A stretch of DNA of 56,938 bases from a virus (taxonomy: Duplodnaviria > Caudoviricetes). A program made the position numbers and the translations under genes. Positions 8,428 through 15,741 of this stretch are shown piece by piece (position 1 is the first letter of the stretch; every line of letters begins with the position of its first letter). The stretch lies in IMG/VR virus record IMGVR_UViG_3300011114_000231, positions 1 to 56,938 of that record; one strand, 5' to 3'. The notes under the pieces are model-generated. The model searched no databases and had not been told where the DNA came from. It saw nothing but the letters and a program-made list of their open reading frames with translations.

Positions 8428-8711
8428 TGAACCCGATACAACTAACACACACCTTATATGGGGTGGTATATATGTCGCAAGGTATTGATAACCTTATCAA
8501 TACTATCAACAACAACAATGCAAACGCGAGTAAGACAGAGCAAGATATAATCGTTTGCCTTAGAGATATGTATCAAAACATGACTATTATAGCTAAATCA
8601 TTGGCTCCCATGTTGGAACTGGCAGAGCATGTGATGAAACATCACCCGCAAATAGCAAGTGACTTCGCTACTACAAAAGGTGCGACTAACAAAATACTGG
8701 GGGGCAAGTGA
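8427..8711 (+). CDS. Hypothetical protein
   Basis: ORF filling the gap up to polA. Confidence 0.6.
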   Translation: MNPIQLTHTLYGVVYMSQGIDNLINTINNNNANASKTEQDIIVCLRDMYQNMTIIAKSLAPMLELAEHVMKHHPQIASDFATTKGATNKILGGK

Positions 8712-10588
8712 TGGATATTGTAACGATTGACTTTGAAACATACTACGACAAGGACTATTCCCTGTCCAAGATGACGACTGAAGCCTATGTAAGAGACCCT
8801 CGCTTCGAGGTTATCGGTGTAGGCATCAAGGTCAATGATCACCCCACTGACTGGTACAGTGGGGATAATGTCGGCAGATTTTTGAAGTCTCTTGACTACA
8901 CCAAGCGGGCTATACTCTGCCACAACACAGCGTTCGATGGTGCTATCCTATCGTGGCACTACGGTATCAAGCCAGCGTTCTGGTTGGACACTCTGTCGAT
9001 GGCTCGACCATTGCACAACATATCTGTAGGTGGTTCGCTCAAGAACCTAGTCGCGTACTACAAGCTGGGCGAGAAGGGCGACGAAGTTATTAACGCTATG
9101 GGTATGCGACGGTCTGACTTCACGACGGAAGGGCTTGCGCGGTACGCATCCTACTGTGTCAACGATGTGGAGTTAACCTACAAGTTGTTCCGTAAGATGG
9201 TTAAGGGGTTTCCATCCAGTGAGTTGCGGCTGATTGACCAGACGTTACGTATGTACACTGAGCCTACGCTTGAGATCGACACGACAGTCTTACACAAACA
9301 TCTTGAGGATATTCTGGAGAACAAGACCACACTAGTGGAGACCCTCGAACTTGGGTGCAGTGAGGATGAAGCTAAGTCTATCCTTATGTCCAACTTTAAG
9401 TTTGCAGATTTTCTACGGGCTATCGGGGTTGAGCCACCGACTAAGCATAGCAAGGCGACAGGTCAGGAGGCATATGCTTTCAGCAAGTCAGACAAAGCGT
9501 TTACTGATCTGTTGGATCACCCCAATATACGTGTTGCCAATGCAGTGGCGGCTAGGCTTGGCGTGAAGTCTACCATTGAAGAGACCCGCACTCGGTCTCT
9601 GTTAGGTGTAGCTGAGCGTGGCACTCTCCCGATCATGCTTAATTACTACGGCGCACACACTGGTCGGTTCAGTGGCGGGGATAAGATGAACCTTCAGAAC
9701 CTACCGAGAGGTGGTTTGCTACGCCGCAGTATAACAGCACCCAACGGTAAAGTTCTTATAGCTTGTGACTCCGCCCAGATCGAAGCCCGTGTTGTTGCGT
9801 GGTTGGCTGGACAAAAGGACTTAATTGCCGCCTTTGCCGAAGGCCGCGATGTCTACTGCGAGTTCGCATCAGAGGTGTATGGTCGCCAGATAACCAAGGC
9901 TGATAAGGTCGAGCGGTTTGTCGGCAAGACTTGTATCTTGGGGCTTGGCTACGGCATGGGTTCGCTCAAGTTCGAAAACACTCTAGCCATAGGGCAAGCT
10001 GGTATCAGCGTTAAGATGGACTCAGATGAGGCTAAGAACGCAGTCAATCTATACAGAACAAAATACCACAAGGTCGCTAGACTTTGGTCCAGATGCAGTG
10101 TCGCGTTGGGTAACATGATTAATGGTCAGGAGTTCTGGTTGAACGATGACATACCTATCATCAAGACGGGCAAGGACTGCATAATTCTCCCCAATAAGTT
10201 GGCAGTTCGTTACCCTCTACTAACCAGGGGTGAGAACTACTCATACGCAGGTGACATAAGAGTGTACAAAGACGCAATTAAAGACCGCGTTATGGGCAAA
10301 CCAATAAACACAGACAAGTTTACACATATTTACGGTGGCAAGGTGACAGAAAATGTCGTGCAAGCTATCGCTAGGATTGTCGTGTCCGAACAGATGACCA
10401 AGATAGGCCATAGATATAAGGTTGTGTTGCAAGTACACGACGAGGTGGTCGTTCTTGTGGATGAGCATGAAGCTGAGAGAGCCAAGGCATACATGATTGA
10501 GGTCATGTCAACGCCGCCATCATGGGCGTTGGATTTGCCAGTGGCTTGCGAAGCTACCATTGGTAACAACTATGCGGAGTGTAAGTGA
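8708..10588 (+). CDS. polA: DNA polymerase family A with 3'-5' exonuclease
   Basis: Exo I DFET, Exo II HNTAFD, Exo III YCVND, TGRFS, motif A CDSAQIEAR, motif B KTCILGLGYG, motif C VHDE. Confidence 0.96.
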   Translation: MMDIVTIDFETYYDKDYSLSKMTTEAYVRDPRFEVIGVGIKVNDHPTDWYSGDNVGRFLKSLDYTKRAILCHNTAFDGAILSWHYGIKPAFWLDTLSMARPLHNISVGGSLKNLVAYYKLGEKGDEVINAMGMRRSDFTTEGLARYASYCVNDVELTYKLFRKMVKGFPSSELRLIDQTLRMYTEPTLEIDTTVLHKHLEDILENKTTLVETLELGCSEDEAKSILMSNFKFADFLRAIGVEPPTKHSKATGQEAYAFSKSDKAFTDLLDHPNIRVANAVAARLGVKSTIEETRTRSLLGVAERGTLPIMLNYYGAHTGRFSGGDKMNLQNLPRGGLLRRSITAPNGKVLIACDSAQIEARVVAWLAGQKDLIAAFAEGRDVYCEFASEVYGRQITKADKVERFVGKTCILGLGYGMGSLKFENTLAIGQAGISVKMDSDEAKNAVNLYRTKYHKVARLWSRCSVALGNMINGQEFWLNDDIPIIKTGKDCIILPNKLAVRYPLLTRGENYSYAGDIRVYKDAIKDRVMGKPINTDKFTHIYGGKVTENVVQAIARIVVSEQMTKIGHRYKVVLQVHDEVVVLVDEHEAERAKAYMIEVMSTPPSWALDLPVACEATIGNNYAECK

Positions 10589-10674
10589 TGGATAGGGATG
10601 ACAAGATCGCGTGGATCAAGATCATTATCGTATATATCTTAATAACAATCTTAGCTATATGGGTGAGCCTATGA
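10588..10674 (+). CDS. Small membrane peptide, 28 aa (not in ORF track)
   Basis: MDRDDKIAWIKIIIVYILITILAIWVSL*; overlaps polA stop (TGATG) and gcrA start (ATGA). Confidence 0.5.
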   Translation: MDRDDKIAWIKIIIVYILITILAIWVSL

Positions 10675-11177
10675 ACGTAGAGAAACTTATTGAGATGTGG
10701 AGAGCAGGTGCTAGCGGCGCTGTTATTGCGGCAAGCCTTGGCGTAACTAGAAGCGCAGTGCTTGGTAAAGTATATAGGCTACGGGAGCAGGGCATACTTG
10801 CTTATAGAAATGCTGAGAAGTCCAAGGTCAAGGTTAAAGAGATCAAAGAACCCAAGGAAGATACCACAAATGTGGTTAGACTGGAACGTAAAGTCCCCCA
10901 TACAACACAGGGAGGGAGCATGTTACGCATACGCCCAGAAGAACCAGAGCAAAAGCCAGTGGTTCCACCACCAATTCCCCAGTATGACCCAGACAAACCA
11001 TACCTAAACATACTGCAACTTAACTTTAATAAGTGTCGGTATATTATGACGGATGATACGTCGGTCAACGCATTTTATTGTGGCGAAACGGTACACCGTA
11101 GGTCATACTGCAAGGCTCACGCAGATATATGTTTAGTGCCAGCACCGAAAAAAGTTAGGGACACAAATGCAGCTTAG
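10671..11177 (+). CDS. gcrA: GcrA-like cell-cycle transcriptional regulator
   Basis: N-terminal LW..G.S...IA..LGVTRSAVLGKVYRL HTH; C-terminal LxxLxxxxCRY...FYCG...YCxxH. Confidence 0.88.
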   Translation: MNVEKLIEMWRAGASGAVIAASLGVTRSAVLGKVYRLREQGILAYRNAEKSKVKVKEIKEPKEDTTNVVRLERKVPHTTQGGSMLRIRPEEPEQKPVVPPPIPQYDPDKPYLNILQLNFNKCRYIMTDDTSVNAFYCGETVHRRSYCKAHADICLVPAPKKVRDTNAA

Positions 11178-11826
11178 CCATTCCTTCTCATCTATCAAGT
11201 TGTACGAAAACTGCCCACTCAGGTACTACCATCAGCGCGTTACCAAGAGCGTGGTAGATAAGGGCGGGGAAGCAAGCCAGTATGGGGAACGCATCCATAA
11301 ATTTCTTGAGGAAAGATTGCTCGGAGGAGAGTTGTCCTCAGAGATCGCACACCTTGAGCCGACAGTGGAAGCTATCCTAAAACTTACTGGAAGCGGTGCG
11401 CTTGAGGTTGAGAAGGAACTAACTCTCAATAAGGAACTTACACCCACAGGGTGGTGGGATAAGGACGCATGGATGAGGTCCAAGCTGGACGTGCTGATCC
11501 TGCACAAGAACTCTGCCATAGTTATGGATTGGAAAACAGGCAAGCGTAGACCAGACTTCTCCCAGTTAGAACTGTTTGCTTTGCAGGTGTTCTCCCACTA
11601 CCCTGAGATCGAAACTGTACGCACAAGTTTTGTTTGGATACAGGATAAGGCTATGGACAAAGACACTTACAAGCGGTCTCATGCCCCTGATATGTGGCGT
11701 AAATTGATGAGCCGTATCAATAGGATAGAGCAATCTTTAGAGAAAGATGTATGGCCAGCTAGGCCAAGTGGCTTGTGTAAATTTTGCCCTTGCAAAAACT
11801 TTTGTGATTTTGCACCTAATACTTGA
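11167..11826 (+). CDS. PD-(D/E)XK Cas4/RecB-like exonuclease
   Basis: N-terminal CP, KLD...DWKTG, QLELF, C-terminal CKFCPCKNFC Fe-S-type cysteines. Confidence 0.88.
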   Translation: MQLSHSFSSIKLYENCPLRYYHQRVTKSVVDKGGEASQYGERIHKFLEERLLGGELSSEIAHLEPTVEAILKLTGSGALEVEKELTLNKELTPTGWWDKDAWMRSKLDVLILHKNSAIVMDWKTGKRRPDFSQLELFALQVFSHYPEIETVRTSFVWIQDKAMDKDTYKRSHAPDMWRKLMSRINRIEQSLEKDVWPARPSGLCKFCPCKNFCDFAPNT

Positions 11827-11852
11827 CACTGATGTAAAGTAGGGGTATATAG

Positions 11853-12197
11853 ATGGCTACACCAGAGGCTAAGGTCAAAGCCAAGATTGATAAGATGTTA
11901 TCCCAGTTCAAAGGTCTGTGGTTCTATAGTCCACAGTCAGGTGTTTATGGGGTAGCGGGGATACCTGATCGTATTGCCTGTGTGGACGGGCATTTCGTAG
12001 GGATAGAAGCCAAAGCAGACAGAACAAAGAAGCCTACCGCCTTGCAACGGCAGTGTATGGCTAAGATAGAAGCGGCAGGGGGCAAGTGCTTCGTCGTGTA
12101 TGATGACGAGACACTAGAGATAGCCAGAGAATACATTTCGGGAGTGCTAAATGTTAGTTATAGAACAAGCCAAGGCTCTAGCCCTAAAGTTGAATAG
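11853..12197 (+). CDS. VRR-NUC domain nuclease (putative resolvase)
   Basis: PE..VK, GIPD, IEAK, PTALQ motifs. Confidence 0.88.
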   Translation: MATPEAKVKAKIDKMLSQFKGLWFYSPQSGVYGVAGIPDRIACVDGHFVGIEAKADRTKKPTALQRQCMAKIEAAGGKCFVVYDDETLEIAREYISGVLNVSYRTSQGSSPKVE

Positions 12198-13713
12198 CCC
12201 TGCACGGGTTCTGGATACTATCCGTGACTCCAAGATGGTCACGCTTCGCGGACAACAAGTTGTTGTAACACCCCATGACATTGATAGTGTGATTGCGCTT
12301 AACGATCTCGGTATCAGTGCGCCTTCTCCTATCCTGCATTACTATGACTGGCCCAGTCAGTTCAAACCATACGACCATCAGCGCAAGACAGCCGCCTTTC
12401 TAACAACCCACAAGAAGTGTCTGGTTCTTAATGAGATCGGCACTGGCAAGACGCAGAGTGCGTTATGGGCGGCTGACTATCTGATGAGTGAGGGCATCGT
12501 TAACAAAGTGCTTATCATCTCTCCGCTCTCTACACTGGAGCGGGTGTGGGGTGACGCTATTTTCAAGGGGTTCTACGAGCGCAGAGCCATTGTCCTGCGT
12601 GGTACGGCTGAGCGTAGGAAGCGGCTGATCCAGAAGGATGCTGACTTCTATATCGTAAACCATGATGGGTTCTCTATCATTGCTACTGAAGCTATCAATA
12701 TGTTTGATCTTGTTATCGTTGATGAGGCGGCTGTGCTTCGCAATGGGCAGACGCAAAGGTTCAAACAGTTCTACAAATGGATGGAGAAGAATCCACAAGC
12801 TAGGCTTTGGTTGATGACAGGTACACCCACTCCCAATGCACCAACAGATGCGTGGGCGTTGGCTAAGCTAGTTGAAAGTCCGTATATCACTGAGCGTTGG
12901 ACTGCGTTCAGAGACCAGACCATGTACAAATACAAGATGCACACGTGGATTGCGCGTCAGGATAGTGTTGACATAGTGCAACACGTTCTCCAGCCAGCTA
13001 TCAGATATACGAGAGATGATTGTTTCGACCTACCTGATACCGTTGTGCAGACACGTAGCGTTGATCTTACACCAGAGCAAGTCAAACACTTCAACGCCAT
13101 GATGAAACATCTTGTGGTGGAGATGAAGAAGTCAGGTGATGAGTCAACCATCAGTGCGGTTAATGAAGCAGTCAAACTCCAGAAGCTGGTGCAGATTGCA
13201 TGTGGTGTGGCATACGACGACAATGGAAACGATGTGGAGGTTGACTGTTCCCCTCGTGTTAATGCTGTCAAAGAGATCATAGACCTCTGTGACGAGAAGA
13301 TTATTATCTTTGTGCCTCTGACAGGAACTCTACATATGTTGGAGCGTGAGTTATCGAAGCACTGGACAGTCGGTGTGGTCAATGGCGCGGTCTCATCTAC
13401 CAAGCGAGATGTGATTTTTGATAACTTCCAGAACCACAAAGACCCGCGTATTCTCATCGCTCATCCAGCTACGATGGCGCATGGGTTAACGCTGACATCT
13501 GCCAGCACAATCATATGGTACGGCCCGATAAACAGTAACGAGCAATACACACAGGCCAATGGTCGCATTGAGCGTATTGGTAAGCGTCACATATCGAACG
13601 TGATCCATATAGAGTCTACAACAGTCGAGCATAAAATGTATGAGCGGCTGTCTAACAAACAGAAACTACAGGGACTTCTATTAGATTTGATAAAGGAGCA
13701 AACATATGACTGA
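12151..13713 (+). CDS. SNF2-family helicase
   Basis: PYDHQ, GTGKT, DEAA, TGTP, HGLTL, QANGRIERIG. Confidence 0.92.
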   Translation: MLVIEQAKALALKLNSPARVLDTIRDSKMVTLRGQQVVVTPHDIDSVIALNDLGISAPSPILHYYDWPSQFKPYDHQRKTAAFLTTHKKCLVLNEIGTGKTQSALWAADYLMSEGIVNKVLIISPLSTLERVWGDAIFKGFYERRAIVLRGTAERRKRLIQKDADFYIVNHDGFSIIATEAINMFDLVIVDEAAVLRNGQTQRFKQFYKWMEKNPQARLWLMTGTPTPNAPTDAWALAKLVESPYITERWTAFRDQTMYKYKMHTWIARQDSVDIVQHVLQPAIRYTRDDCFDLPDTVVQTRSVDLTPEQVKHFNAMMKHLVVEMKKSGDESTISAVNEAVKLQKLVQIACGVAYDDNGNDVEVDCSPRVNAVKEIIDLCDEKIIIFVPLTGTLHMLERELSKHWTVGVVNGAVSSTKRDVIFDNFQNHKDPRILIAHPATMAHGLTLTSASTIIWYGPINSNEQYTQANGRIERIGKRHISNVIHIESTTVEHKMYERLSNKQKLQGLLLDLIKEQTYD

Positions 13714-14113
13714 GCCTAATGTCGATCAGGTTATCGCGGCTTACGTGAAGATGCGGGAGAAGAAGTCACGCATGGAAGCTGAGGTTAAAGCTGAAGTTGC
13801 AAAGATCAATGAGAAACTTATGAAGCTGGAAGGATGGCTTCGTGAGAAAGCAGATGAGCAAGGTGTAACATCCTTCAAAACTAATCATGGTACTGCGTTC
13901 ATGACCACTGTGGACTTCGCGTCCGTTGCTGATTGGGATGCTGTGCTTAACTTCATCAAAGAGAACGATGCGTATGACATGCTGGAACGTCGTGTGAGTA
14001 AGACGGCAGTGCGTGGGTACATCGAGGCTAACAAATCTATTCCTGCTGGTATTAACTATGGGACCAAGCTGGAAGTTAATGTACGTAAACCAACTGCGAA
14101 AGTGGAGGACTAA
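13706..14113 (+). CDS. Conserved phage replication-module protein
   Basis: Coiled coil followed by KTNHGT and DWDA..FI motifs; AAGGAG RBS. Confidence 0.7.
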   Translation: MTEPNVDQVIAAYVKMREKKSRMEAEVKAEVAKINEKLMKLEGWLREKADEQGVTSFKTNHGTAFMTTVDFASVADWDAVLNFIKENDAYDMLERRVSKTAVRGYIEANKSIPAGINYGTKLEVNVRKPTAKVED

Positions 14114-14114
14114 T

Positions 14115-14423
14115 ATGTTTGGGTCTTGGGTACGCAAACAAGTAGCTGACGCTATGTATGAGAACAGCATGGACCAAAAAACACCTGCTACTAAACTTGG
14201 TCTATATGGTGAATCATATATAAGTGTACATACTATTTCCAATGGTTACTTATTACAGGTCAACAGTATTAATATAGGGGGTCCAACGATAGTTTATTGT
14301 AAGGACCAACAGGAAATCTCTGACCAGATTGTTACACTCCATGCTCGTGAACGCATGGGTATATCACCTAACGTCAAGATAGGGCCATTCATGTCTTCTG
14401 GCTCTGCCCAATCTTCTATTTAA
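14115..14423 (+). CDS. Hypothetical protein
   Basis: GGAGG RBS before MFGSW. Confidence 0.6.
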   Translation: MFGSWVRKQVADAMYENSMDQKTPATKLGLYGESYISVHTISNGYLLQVNSINIGGPTIVYCKDQQEISDQIVTLHARERMGISPNVKIGPFMSSGSAQSSI

Positions 14424-14446
14424 CCCGCTCAACACAGGAGAATCCT

Positions 14447-15415
14447 ATGAGCAATATCGTACCAGCTAACCTTAAAATTCCTGCACACCTTGCAGATCGT
14501 ATTGGTAAGCCTTCAGCACTATCCGTCGCATTGGCTAGCGGCCTTGGTGGCAATGGCGGTCCAAGTTTTCCTCGCATCTCCATCAAAGGGTCACGCTTTC
14601 GTATCGTAGAGGACGGAACTGAGACCGTAGTGGACAGCACATCTCTGGCTGTCATTATTGTCGGTGCTAATCCACGTGCCTCTAAAGTATGGTACGCAAA
14701 GGCATGGGATGGCAACGCAGAACCAGCCGCTCCAGATTGCTACTCCCTTGATGGCACTGGCCCACATCCTGATAGCACTTCTCCGCAGAATGATATGTGT
14801 GCTACCTGCCCTCATAACGCTTGGGGTTCCAAGACTTCTCCTACTGGCTCCCCAATCAAGGCTTGCTCTGACCGTAAACGTCTAGCTGTTGTGGCCGCAG
14901 ATGATCCATCTGGTCCTGTATACTTGTTGGAGGTTACTCCAGCGGCTATGAAGGGTCTTAACTCCTACCATAAAGAACTTGCACATCGCGGTATTGATCC
15001 AGAGATCGTGATTACCAAGCTGTCGTTTGATACTGATGCGTCTTTCCCCAAGCTTCAGTTTAGTTTGGGCGGCTTCATCGACGTGGGTACGCTTGAAGCT
15101 ATTGAGGGTCTGTTCGACTCTGATAGTGTTAAGGATGTTATTGGTGTGTCCCAACCTAAAGTTGCCGCACTTCCTGCTCCTACGCCACGCCCATCTCCAG
15201 TGAAACAGGTTGCGGCTCCAGTACAAGAGCCAGAGCCAGAGCCTGTTGTCGAAGAAAAACCTGCTCCAAAGCGTGGATTTGGTGCGGCTAAAGCCGTCGC
15301 TCCTGCTCCAGTTAAGGAAAAGCCAGCACCTAAAGCCGCTCCTGTGGTAGCAGATGGTGGTCTGTCTGATGAGATCATGGGTTTGTTGGATGAGGTAGAA
15401 GCTGATGACGCATAA
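14447..15415 (+). CDS. Putative ssDNA-binding protein with Cys cluster and acidic tail
   Basis: PDC...CATCPHNAWGS...ACS motif, Pro/Ala linker, acidic C-terminus (LLDEVEADDA), replication context. Confidence 0.6.
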   Translation: MSNIVPANLKIPAHLADRIGKPSALSVALASGLGGNGGPSFPRISIKGSRFRIVEDGTETVVDSTSLAVIIVGANPRASKVWYAKAWDGNAEPAAPDCYSLDGTGPHPDSTSPQNDMCATCPHNAWGSKTSPTGSPIKACSDRKRLAVVAADDPSGPVYLLEVTPAAMKGLNSYHKELAHRGIDPEIVITKLSFDTDASFPKLQFSLGGFIDVGTLEAIEGLFDSDSVKDVIGVSQPKVAALPAPTPRPSPVKQVAAPVQEPEPEPVVEEKPAPKRGFGAAKAVAPAPVKEKPAPKAAPVVADGGLSDEIMGLLDEVEADDA

Positions 15416-15686
15416 GCCACTCGACTTTCATAAGGTTGAGGCTTTGCGTAAGCACATGATACTAACGTCGTCTGACATGGCTAAAGTACTCGGAGTTTCT
15501 CGCGTGACCTACTACGGTTGGTTGCGCGGGAAAGCGGTTCGCCGCAAGAACGAGGATGAAGCTAAGAAGGCAGTGCGTAAACTGTTGGCTATCATGACTG
15601 ATCATAGCTGGCCCTCACCTGAGACCGTAGCCCTCGATCAAAAGCAGAGAAGCGAAAGATTGTTTGCTTTGCTAGGGCAGTATTAG
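15405..15686 (+). CDS. HTH DNA-binding protein
   Basis: LTSSDMAKVLGVSRVTYYGW HTH. Confidence 0.8.
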   Translation: MTHKPLDFHKVEALRKHMILTSSDMAKVLGVSRVTYYGWLRGKAVRRKNEDEAKKAVRKLLAIMTDHSWPSPETVALDQKQRSERLFALLGQY

Positions 15687-15741
15687 TAGACTGGATAGAC
15701 AGGGGGTAGGGAACTCCCTGTCACCCCCTTGGGAGAGTAAT

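Noticed and set aside
11167-11826. CRISPR-Cas system suggested by the Cas4-like gene
   Set aside because: No repeat-spacer array or other cas genes; solo Cas4-like exonucleases are routine in phage replication modules
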